Of a stretch of DNA of 64,000 bases, positions 23,301 through 29,944 are shown piece after piece (position 1 is the stretch's first letter; every line of letters begins with the position of its first letter). Below the pieces are notes generated by a model. It ran no database searches, had not been told where the DNA came from, and saw only the letters and a list, made by a program, of their open reading frames with translations. The position numbers and the translations under genes are program-made. This DNA is from a virus: positions 1 to 64,000 of the IMG/VR virus record IMGVR_UViG_3300020473_002200. One strand, 5' to 3'.

Positions 23301-26300
23301 TCACAACAGATCGTTCACCTACTGATAAAACGATAACTGTTGATTGGGACTCTTTCAATTCAACTTCAAACACAACTGCAATAAGCCAGGTACGTTCATG
23401 GGGCTATGCAGATTTTTCAACTCCCAAACTATCACTTAAATTAAAACAACTAGAGATGGGCCCCGCGGGCAATACAAGGATCCTTAATGGCTTAGGGGGT
23501 ATAAGGGTAGAGGGCCATGCGAAAAGTACTCATACATTGACTTACACGGGTCAGCCCGCTGCTGGTCAAAGTTTGGTTATTCATAGTAACGGGGGTAATA
23601 CAAACAATTTTGGGTTTGTGTCAAACACTACTCAAACCGATGATCACACTTCAACATCACTTCCATCCGGGTTCGCATTGAATTATGGAAACTCTAGTAT
23701 AGTTGGCAAGATTGGAATAAATAAAACGATCACTGTTGCGGGAACCGCATATACATCTGGAAATGCAAAAATATTGGTTATGGGCGGCCAAAATGGATCA
23801 AGTCAAAACACTATTTTATTCATTAATCCAAAGATCCCAAACGGTACCATACTTGTTGTTTCTTTTTACGCATCTAGAAACGATTTCTATTCTGGTTATA
23901 ACGCCATGGGTACTGATGCAAATGAAGAAATAAAAGCCCGATATTCCACAACACTCGGCGGCAGCTCGGATGTGAGCCAAAAACATTTCGAAAAATGGAA
24001 CGGCTCAGCTTGGGTTACTCTAAGCTCTGCGGGCACTATCGCTGGTGGCGATATTACAGATACTACAACTTTAGATCATTTTAGAATAAAGTTTGATAAC
24101 CACCAGTCCGATGGCCTTTATTACTCAATTGAAAAAGAGGCGGCCGGCGCGTCTGACAGTACAATAGGTATATTCGGTATTCGATATGACATTTTACCCG
24201 GTCATCACGGGGCACCTGTGGCAATAGGATCGGATGCTGACGAGACATATGCAAATTTAGTAACTGCTATAAATAATAATTTATCTTCCAGCATTTCACC
24301 AGCTTACTTAAACCCTGCTGATGATTCAAATAATTCAGGCTCATTTATTTGGTCGAACCCTGGAGATCATGTTGCAATATTCGATATGACACCGCCGTGG
24401 CTCCCGAACACCGCAATCGATAACGCTAGTTTGGTAACTAACAAATCGTATATATCAAATAGCGAAAATATTTTTGCTGGAAAATATTCATCTTTTGTAG
24501 GTGGCATTATTACAAGCGATAATGAGCCGAATAAAGATTCTACCTTTAGCGGCCTACACTACGCAGAGCTACCCCTAAGAGGCCGGCCAGTATCTAATTT
24601 TGGTTTCCCATTTTCTGATACTTTTAAACCCGCTGAAGGCCAAAAGTTAGATCTTTCCAATTATCTAGACGGTCCCTTTTTGTTAGAGAAATTTGAAATT
24701 ATTTGTAGTTCATCGATTCGAGATGAAGTACAGGAAGGCGTAGGTAGAGTGTTACCAGAAACACATACTGATTTACCATTTTCCAATTATGGTCAATCCA
24801 ATGAAGCCTCTCAATTCTTCTCAGAAGAATCGTGGGTGTATAATGACAATTCCGCAACATCAATGAGCTATCACGGAATGTATGATGATCGATTTCGAAA
24901 CCTAGAAGCCCAACGTATGTATGACCGATTTTACCCATGGACTTCAAGAGACCTTCATTGGAGCGTCTTATCTCAACCATTCGGCAATAGATTCAAGTAT
25001 CATGACGGCCTTTGGGGCCATACTCCGCTTGTGGGTAAGAGCACTTTCACAAAGGAAAGGATTCAAAAAGAAGGTGCGTATCATCGTGTCGGTGGTAATG
25101 TATACGCTAGACAAGGCCAAGCCACAGACTATTTAATAAATGATAGCGTTTCGAACGCAAATACCGTTGAGGGTAGTGCATGGTGGCGATGCGATACTTT
25201 CTTTTTGATGCGGGAAAAACAAGCAATAGACGCTAGATATGATGTACCGATACCAAGCGCCGCAAAGTCAACTGGGCAAAATAATTCAGAAGCGTTCGCT
25301 GCAGGCACCCTTTACTTTTACGCGCGATATAAATATTACTCATATGATACCAACCCATACACCTACGATACATACTACGATGATGGCGCGTGGATAGCCA
25401 ACTCCTGGAAGTCTGTAAATAGCCCATGGGTTCCAGGGACTGGATACGAATCTACAGCAGAATGGTTGGCTAGAGTTGTTGTAATGACGGATGTGCCGTA
25501 TATAGAGATAAAGTCTCATAACCCTATTTTCGATCCATCAGTGTCGCCGTTGGTTGCTCATAGAAAATATAAAATTATCTCAGTCCCAGGTTCAAGTAAG
25601 CCAGATCTTTCTTCCCGCGGTGGTCCTGCGTCTGATAGCTCTGACAATGTCGCCGGATATACGTTTTATTCTACTTCAGCAGGAACAATTTCTGGTGCCG
25701 GTGCTACTCGCTTACAAGAGCACGCTAGGATCATACGTATATATTTTGTAACACGTAGTCAATTTGCATACCCGGAAGAAGTTGCTGCTGCTGTTCCTGA
25801 ACCGGGTACGTCAACATCTGAAATAGATAAACGCTATAATGGGTCAATTCGGTATGCTATTGATATTGACTATGCGCATTGGGAAGACGTATTTGGTATT
25901 CATATTCCAGCTTTAAGCAATATATTGTCTGCGATTAAAGTCACAGTTGATGCTGCAATGAACAGGGGTCATCTAGATGGATTTGAAATAACTGCCCCAG
26001 GCTATTCCGCCATGCACTTGCGGTTCCGTATAACAAACGCAACAACAGATGATTTTTCTGGAGATACATTCAATACAACAGCACAAATCACTACATCTGA
26101 TCATTTAATCGCGATGGAATTTACTAACCAGATGTGGGGATCTTGGTTTGAAACCACCGACATCTTTAATTATCATCCTTTTCACGACGCAACATCAATT
26201 ATAGGCAGCACCGCAGCTCCTTACGCCAGGGAAGATCTAGTGTACAATGGAGCAAGAATTAATAGAACGGAAGTCTCTAAAACCGGCCAACGTTCTGGCT

Positions 26301-29300
26301 ATGATATTTTAACTCAAAGTCATAATATTACATCGACAACAAGGGAATTAATCTCATATGCACAGGTAGCATATCACGGTTACGCGAATATGAACCACCG
26401 TACAGTGGGTGGCGTTGGCTATGGCCACTATTATTTTGTAAATGACCCAGGGTATATGTTTTATAGAGGTGAAGACTATAATTCTTCTGCGTCAGCGAGT
26501 TTTCCAGATGGCGCTCAGAAAAGCACTATGGAACATCCTCACCTTACAAGGTTTGGTAGCTTCGAGATAACTGGCTCGAATGGTCTAACTTTATTAGAGA
26601 ATGGTTTGGGTCGTGAATTAAATATCAAGATAGGTTCTCCAAAATATGAAAATCCTCATGTTAGCGCTGTGAACACTGCCCTGGTTCAACGTCAAACGAT
26701 TAGCGATGTTAAGATATCGATACCAAAATCTATTAGAAGTAGCTATCACCCTATGCAGAGAGTCGCGACACTTACGGTTCGTATAGCGTCGACTGCTAAT
26801 GTAGATATTTCAACGCTCAATAATGGTGACTCTATGGACGGCGTATCTCTGGCTACCGATGATTTAATATTACTAAAGAACCAAACAAGCGCTGTCGAAA
26901 ATGGTGTATATAAGGTTGGCGCATCTAATGGACAAACTGTTAGGAGCAATTATGATGTTGGATCTGTTATTTATAATATCGAAATAACGCCGTCTGCTGG
27001 TGGTCAAGCCAATACTAGATACGCGGTTACAAACACTAGTATTAATTCTGTCGTTGGGACACACTCATTATCATTTACTGTACGTGGATCTTCTAAATTC
27101 GCGAAAATTGCCGCTGAAGATAATACTCCTCTATTAAATTCTGAGGGTGTTGAGATAGGATATTCCCCCACAAGTCTATCACTAATTCGGATTGAAGACA
27201 ATGCTTCTACTGAGACTTTTAGAAAATCTTATACGAACCTTGACGTAACATATAATTTGTTCGACGGCATCTTAGAAATTAAGGGCGATTGTAAGACTAC
27301 TCCTAGGTTAGAAAAATATTTTCCATATAGGTTAGCTGTATTAGATCAATTTGATAATCCAGCTGTTTCTGGTGCTTCATTACCGCAATTTGTGACTGTT
27401 ACGCCGGCCTCTACCTTCATAGGCGGTTATGACTTTGATGGATTAGGCGGTACTCGAGCGACATTCCCTGTGGTGGGTGATAAACCTTCTGGTCAATATT
27501 TTAAATTAAATCAAATGTCATTTTATTTAGACGACTTTGACAGGATGGATCCTTCAAAAGAAAGTGCGCAGTACACATATTCAGACTCTGTTTCAACTGG
27601 TATAAATTTTGAGCAAAACAATCCGTATATACTCGCACCAGATGATAAACTAATACTAGGATTTCAGACAGCTGTCCCGGGATTTCATTCCGGGTTTACA
27701 TCATTTGCTAATCTTGGCGGCGGTATAATTCCCCCACAATTAGATGATCAAGGAAATTTGCAAACGGTACACACTGCAGGATCCCGCTCTCGGGCAATCG
27801 ATACTGGTAAATGCATAGAGACTACTTTCGCACCGTACATTAAATCGAAACTTGTTTTATACGGCTCATATATGCAGAATGGCGCTCCTAAATATCCTAC
27901 GAGGAAAGATGAATTTAGTACATCGGGGGTTGTTTATTCTGTAATAGGGGGAACCGATTATGATCAATATGAATTGTATTTAGACTCTGAATTTTCTGGC
28001 TCAATGAACTCAGAGATGATATCACCTACAGAGTTTTCACGCATAGCCAACGCTCGAGATGTGCTTTCTATAACTTTCGGCTCTAGATCAAACGACATCG
28101 GTGGGAACCCTAAACATTTATTCACCAGCGGATCTGTTGACAGATTTACCACAATATACACTGGTGATAATAGCGATCCTACTAATGATTACGATTTAGT
28201 TTATTTTGATTCGTTGCCTGTTGATTTAACAAACTATATACAGGTCGCCTCAGATGAAAAAAAGATTATCCCCGTTAAATACTTGGCTTCCGGGCAAAAA
28301 GCCGCTGATGAAACTCATGTGATGATCCCATCCTTAATAACGAGTAGAACAGATGAAAATAAGATAGACGAATCTGGGTTGGCGATGTTTATCGGCGCGC
28401 CAACTAGGCAGAAAAACGTATATTACTATAATACACTTGCTAAGCTATTAGAGAATATTGGGGATAATTTGTCAGGTGATATCTCTCTTGCTGAGGCAAC
28501 AACAGAAATTGCCCTAACTGCAGACCAGGTCATAATGCTGGGCGTTTTACCATCATTTTCTACAATATCATTTGATCCGGGCGGGGTACCAGCGAATGTT
28601 ATAAAATTTAATATTACTGGTACAAAGAACTCTGGCGCAACGCTAGAGGTTGCATGGATTTCTGGAGCACCGCTTACTTTAACAAATTCAAATAAGGCTA
28701 ATATTCGAATTAAGGTTGAGTCTTTATTAGAGACAGATCGTTTTACGAATTTACCTGTTGCAAAGTTTGAAAAGCAATTTATAACAGATTGGAGACAACG
28801 GTTTATATTTGAAAGATATACTTTCGCTAGTGATGATAGCGTTGTATCAATTTTTCCAAACAAGGAATTCGATCCAGCTGACTCTAGATTGAGATCGAGA
28901 AAAGAGACTTTTGCTAGTTTTGGTATCGATACCGATGATTCAAAATATGCAGAACAATTGGCACATAGTGAGTCAGGACTAAAGATATTCCAATCTCCCA
29001 CATACGACACTAGGCAGTGGGTAGTAGTAAACAATGACGGCTCAGACGCAGTATTTTCCACAAGTAATAATGCGAATAAAGATAAGCTGGTTGCGGTCAT
29101 GACCAAGATAAAAACAATTAGCTCTGACTACCACACATATTTTGATAAAGATACCGGTCAAATAAGGGTGACTGATAGATCTGGTAAGTCGCTATCGTCT
29201 GTATACACTAATCAAGTCAATCAGGTTAATGATAGTGAATATAGGCAAGCTGCAGCGACCTTGTTCGGTTTTGGCTCTGAGACAAATAGAAGTCTTAGCA

Positions 29301-29893
29301 CTTTTACAACGGAAGACATTTCAGGTTATACAGGGTCAAATCCCTTAGACACGTTTCAGGTAGATACCGATGGCGCCGGTGGCGTAGATACAACATATAA
29401 GCTATTACCTGGTCACGCTAGACAATCATTAGAGCACCCTAAGGGAGTCAAGTATGGGATGATTAATTACGATCATCTTCGTCCAAAAGTGGTTTTTAGT
29501 CGTACACACTATGGGCACTTTGCTGATTTACTTGAGGGAAGAAAAAACGCAGTATATACAACATTGTCTGCATATTCTAATAATAGCGAATTTACGCCAG
29601 ATAAAAGAACGATGACTGTAAAGGTTAAGTTCTTCGATCCATCTAGACGATTAATAACTAATGAAGATGCGCTAAAGTACTTATTTTCACAAAATCTAGA
29701 TAAGTATCAAAGGTCTCGTGTTCCATTCTTTGATTTACCTAATCCTGTAATATATAGCGAAGATGGAACAGCTAGCGTCTCAGATCATGCGAAGGGTGGT
29801 CGAGTAAGACTTAGGAAGCATGTTCTAAGAGATCAGGTTTCTATTTTTGATTCTAGCGGTAATGATCCATTTGCAGAATTTAATGAAGACTAA
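14348..29893 (+). CDS. Giant (about 5180 aa) virion structural protein, multi-LamG mosaic; putative baseplate appendage or receptor-binding fibre
   Basis: An uninterrupted 15.5-kb ORF. The track start is TTG 14333; ATG 14348 is preferred because GGTGG lies at 14335-14339 and the start overlaps the upstream stop. It has at least three LamG-type segments (FSCWVKP...WTHICVTYNG...YING; LSAWVY...WHHVAVTYD...YVDG; KWYTLFIVFD...LFIG...LAELSI) and many S/T/G/A-rich repeats. Confidence 0.7.
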   Translation: MFDSRKKRIIPDLLSDIQHRSGRINLSKDVIANFVFDRITDDVVANRYLEEDGLNDLIFINEKFLKIEGVNNKLISGASGSDGTFSRKEVDPASPPASIENTAIEYSSFLTNSSPFKNKSITLGDKTFAANYYFSYRPENYSSKILTRYNARSLSIGTSSPHIAKISISGSVPFHRNEISGSRLSITVPQIGESNVTKNYTPLFFEERQEKAFQSLVLRSGISANSGDFFGLSNGRKADFEISIADFKISPTRKRYKIDPVATTIFATGSYSTAYPNTTIIPNAGYDLANRFNYYASGSTESGDPTTPTSYERVYASGSLDLISDSKLWIGNFVDATPANSGSASVTFAFQDTPDDSNTFTTQLIDGLYRNTFDTSRDSSQRLYMGHANQWAGLTGASSGGKSTFSCWVKPVKAQGHTNDHVIFSSQDDNYLISIPDSGKIKFTRNFSSSTAYTVETEKRAFSVTSSSSNRFESAQWTHICVTYNGPAYNGTAAVYINGMPVAMAAASATPASDKTIVTVTGTDNGDGATLGDKPGGTRGLYGQYADVGFWNRVLTADEIYELYSRPLANYKSSTNLQLHAQLTDPITKKGAAAVSPSYFINSTIGKLTDNEIGSRTYSAYTFSGEDDRIDIGKVSVWDAKIGDASGSTKKITLSAWVYQKGDSPTSNRIITFGANNVILYTHDNSPNNDGPWDLRFYLNSGGPDQGGAGTGGAWSAWAANKYHYWKVDDAITKNTWHHVAVTYDANTNTSAPVFYVDGVRKTTAAGGSDHSIGSQSSWGNWQGLVNIDKYNYGKLVNGIPRPVPLGPNVLNSYLLTNTATNISVGSNGNLTFNSNTLAAAFAAVFPVGSIVRLQNPTLTADFIVGTYSSGATVPFTASVKVTGSGTTLSLNTVTLMQEVLEQSCHIGNATNNSKFFNGLIAEVAVWNSILTDSEVFAVYSATQFAHDNSLTTVADNLVNTINSDTSLDIKAIKHQGNKTSANITLQQELGLAQVKSGLTSSVLLPHLTQSSCGIRYPNAGRRSTAPASFSNAKPITNLFIDDHRIPTGKQLKITDHSNNTITFTFDNTQAANYITSGDGTIHGTTPTLGLQNVTSSEGLRDVLVNAFSVKYSNTITTSSIEFGNNLRLSARPKQRITIECPSLSDAKDKKLHLVDTKGNKYKLEITDSSSASVTSGYTAVRVANAKTVTFSGNFGSSNIGAGDVLTIADGSSTVNYTTETTSNADATNADKIGVGSNRAATAVVDEFVKKINASNLGIVAIDVGGTATSASMILQPITNKSSGALRTITITEDGSGNNVFGGSADFCTITNTDATTLSDQRVAAALEDIIEHLPLSTISDPYTGQYSSFNSFVNGKLITVIQTAFGSPFFPTEVVDATAPGVFTINPELTGEEDEAGLQVEGSAISDGYIGTVFSAYEFSNPKYNIPDNGQPLALGSYDGIGLVGANDPRLGDVVVRYQKDFNYLGFFDNLKDAISNPRKAGHGAPTRSNSLSSTWGSISAPSTFGAASISLQVSSNFGTSYSAGQKFYFTFRGGAEYVYTANSNISNSDNTAALTLDAVNSTTTSTLNKTAVSAYGTFAPKQIIGAAVLGPTAPRKLHGEILRESEITLLLRNSDAYTPADQAAGVKITFNGNFGMGSFGTAPDPNAGNGSLRISDGTKSVDIIGLDYSNSPGTFVLVIEAAATKTNLHSKTFDIADSSNTQVQFRFDNTVSTTSGVVIGLQNADNVKTIATRIRTTIANHSFNIYASDESSSAGNDARHIISLTSTNTTTTFTSTASTSHFLHKLGVGAGGDNAASSVVSELVSKINAISWLNVTAAVVTGNTSENASLTLTHSDAGTVTVTEDPDSTNSNSGASGHFGGSSGFTTLVSTPASQGISGLVTFTSGSVDMTSKIKTLSVNKFSGGFQKAALMTQGYAGLAARGPKTIITRIYNNETSSTGVIFTLSGDLKSRYYLLADQGKFEFRLRPLGASSNSVYWKAIIERPSSIPKDKWYTLFIVFDEASFERSDSANYIALYDVENHGAMVAYANFVPNDAAPEGVQSAENNLSDGIERPRLFIGYGNKDSGGLATNFGTSPQLPANEASFYNNFYLAELSILKKRLSLDEADKIAESHLVLRTKSGFRTDLPKKALHEKFQQNNIIEGDFTPFVESSKTTEDLVTGDVTYPHMMSAGTTGSIVFTFTDVPADNSGFSIRLPNGKDFQVIFDSSSTVIDGFTLDTATSVITDSNNIRAYNSAQTRFKCGIEGLISRTAIVDQLQKLIKNINRYSGIPVQASRTSFNAIKLECQDPGSFNTEYNAASKVVTFNNTFDEDNILAGNILQIIDSRDVSITYTTISTSGGSTPWASGNSQKIGVAPGRPATFAVDELVSKINAVSSYEVSAYDLGGSTTRASMLLVPDQDKEVKVIEIYSRYGNRDDFTIVTNAPTSLCVVSNSPASNIVVSDDKLSGQIFRNSKLEDFSSTSRHNSINTGAKALEDVKATIKCNAAPLTTFINNSSVTVEYLNRVLNDDRLDNDIPQQIVDVQNLSRGIKDTTIPRRPIIKFKIQNIEYVARLDSKLQLAESNKFNIGVSDVNSNSTLATSVANSISDAVAKDNLGLVVSVNDDTITLNPNNKDSSLSRVNFLGDGIGSISEGFMFETSGFNLMLNPEMTTDARESLTIRKTTSSSKPFLDDDRMNLGLAFFAKGSALSGSASRFMAATRNRVRIEIDINPVEKTTLGFTTGSGTSVTDGFSAGNYNPMGYFNFSSKKWESISPTFSPKIETKKDANEEGQTRDQAINDAVSDFQASAPIGFGGTYGFSIHRKDTSDHAYACITHVSSSNFALTATGVVSKVVKLNERIRLTSTSGREVDYIITNKSGIGSGDALTESTNISDDNKKPFTSARDGARAINLDLDNGNLTFTTFMINLSVAISRGHSGHIEAEPLWPDLSSTFGAITSPADSTNIQGSGLTLTFTNPLGRAYKVGDKFYFHDTNGNYTIVTLTTDRSPTDKTITVDWDSFNSTSNTTAISQVRSWGYADFSTPKLSLKLKQLEMGPAGNTRILNGLGGIRVEGHAKSTHTLTYTGQPAAGQSLVIHSNGGNTNNFGFVSNTTQTDDHTSTSLPSGFALNYGNSSIVGKIGINKTITVAGTAYTSGNAKILVMGGQNGSSQNTILFINPKIPNGTILVVSFYASRNDFYSGYNAMGTDANEEIKARYSTTLGGSSDVSQKHFEKWNGSAWVTLSSAGTIAGGDITDTTTLDHFRIKFDNHQSDGLYYSIEKEAAGASDSTIGIFGIRYDILPGHHGAPVAIGSDADETYANLVTAINNNLSSSISPAYLNPADDSNNSGSFIWSNPGDHVAIFDMTPPWLPNTAIDNASLVTNKSYISNSENIFAGKYSSFVGGIITSDNEPNKDSTFSGLHYAELPLRGRPVSNFGFPFSDTFKPAEGQKLDLSNYLDGPFLLEKFEIICSSSIRDEVQEGVGRVLPETHTDLPFSNYGQSNEASQFFSEESWVYNDNSATSMSYHGMYDDRFRNLEAQRMYDRFYPWTSRDLHWSVLSQPFGNRFKYHDGLWGHTPLVGKSTFTKERIQKEGAYHRVGGNVYARQGQATDYLINDSVSNANTVEGSAWWRCDTFFLMREKQAIDARYDVPIPSAAKSTGQNNSEAFAAGTLYFYARYKYYSYDTNPYTYDTYYDDGAWIANSWKSVNSPWVPGTGYESTAEWLARVVVMTDVPYIEIKSHNPIFDPSVSPLVAHRKYKIISVPGSSKPDLSSRGGPASDSSDNVAGYTFYSTSAGTISGAGATRLQEHARIIRIYFVTRSQFAYPEEVAAAVPEPGTSTSEIDKRYNGSIRYAIDIDYAHWEDVFGIHIPALSNILSAIKVTVDAAMNRGHLDGFEITAPGYSAMHLRFRITNATTDDFSGDTFNTTAQITTSDHLIAMEFTNQMWGSWFETTDIFNYHPFHDATSIIGSTAAPYAREDLVYNGARINRTEVSKTGQRSGYDILTQSHNITSTTRELISYAQVAYHGYANMNHRTVGGVGYGHYYFVNDPGYMFYRGEDYNSSASASFPDGAQKSTMEHPHLTRFGSFEITGSNGLTLLENGLGRELNIKIGSPKYENPHVSAVNTALVQRQTISDVKISIPKSIRSSYHPMQRVATLTVRIASTANVDISTLNNGDSMDGVSLATDDLILLKNQTSAVENGVYKVGASNGQTVRSNYDVGSVIYNIEITPSAGGQANTRYAVTNTSINSVVGTHSLSFTVRGSSKFAKIAAEDNTPLLNSEGVEIGYSPTSLSLIRIEDNASTETFRKSYTNLDVTYNLFDGILEIKGDCKTTPRLEKYFPYRLAVLDQFDNPAVSGASLPQFVTVTPASTFIGGYDFDGLGGTRATFPVVGDKPSGQYFKLNQMSFYLDDFDRMDPSKESAQYTYSDSVSTGINFEQNNPYILAPDDKLILGFQTAVPGFHSGFTSFANLGGGIIPPQLDDQGNLQTVHTAGSRSRAIDTGKCIETTFAPYIKSKLVLYGSYMQNGAPKYPTRKDEFSTSGVVYSVIGGTDYDQYELYLDSEFSGSMNSEMISPTEFSRIANARDVLSITFGSRSNDIGGNPKHLFTSGSVDRFTTIYTGDNSDPTNDYDLVYFDSLPVDLTNYIQVASDEKKIIPVKYLASGQKAADETHVMIPSLITSRTDENKIDESGLAMFIGAPTRQKNVYYYNTLAKLLENIGDNLSGDISLAEATTEIALTADQVIMLGVLPSFSTISFDPGGVPANVIKFNITGTKNSGATLEVAWISGAPLTLTNSNKANIRIKVESLLETDRFTNLPVAKFEKQFITDWRQRFIFERYTFASDDSVVSIFPNKEFDPADSRLRSRKETFASFGIDTDDSKYAEQLAHSESGLKIFQSPTYDTRQWVVVNNDGSDAVFSTSNNANKDKLVAVMTKIKTISSDYHTYFDKDTGQIRVTDRSGKSLSSVYTNQVNQVNDSEYRQAAATLFGFGSETNRSLSTFTTEDISGYTGSNPLDTFQVDTDGAGGVDTTYKLLPGHARQSLEHPKGVKYGMINYDHLRPKVVFSRTHYGHFADLLEGRKNAVYTTLSAYSNNSEFTPDKRTMTVKVKFFDPSRRLITNEDALKYLFSQNLDKYQRSRVPFFDLPNPVIYSEDGTASVSDHAKGGRVRLRKHVLRDQVSIFDSSGNDPFAEFNED

Positions 29894-29944
29894 CTAAAAC
29901 ATTTCCGGCAAATAATTATTTAACATGGACTGGAAGTATAGCTA

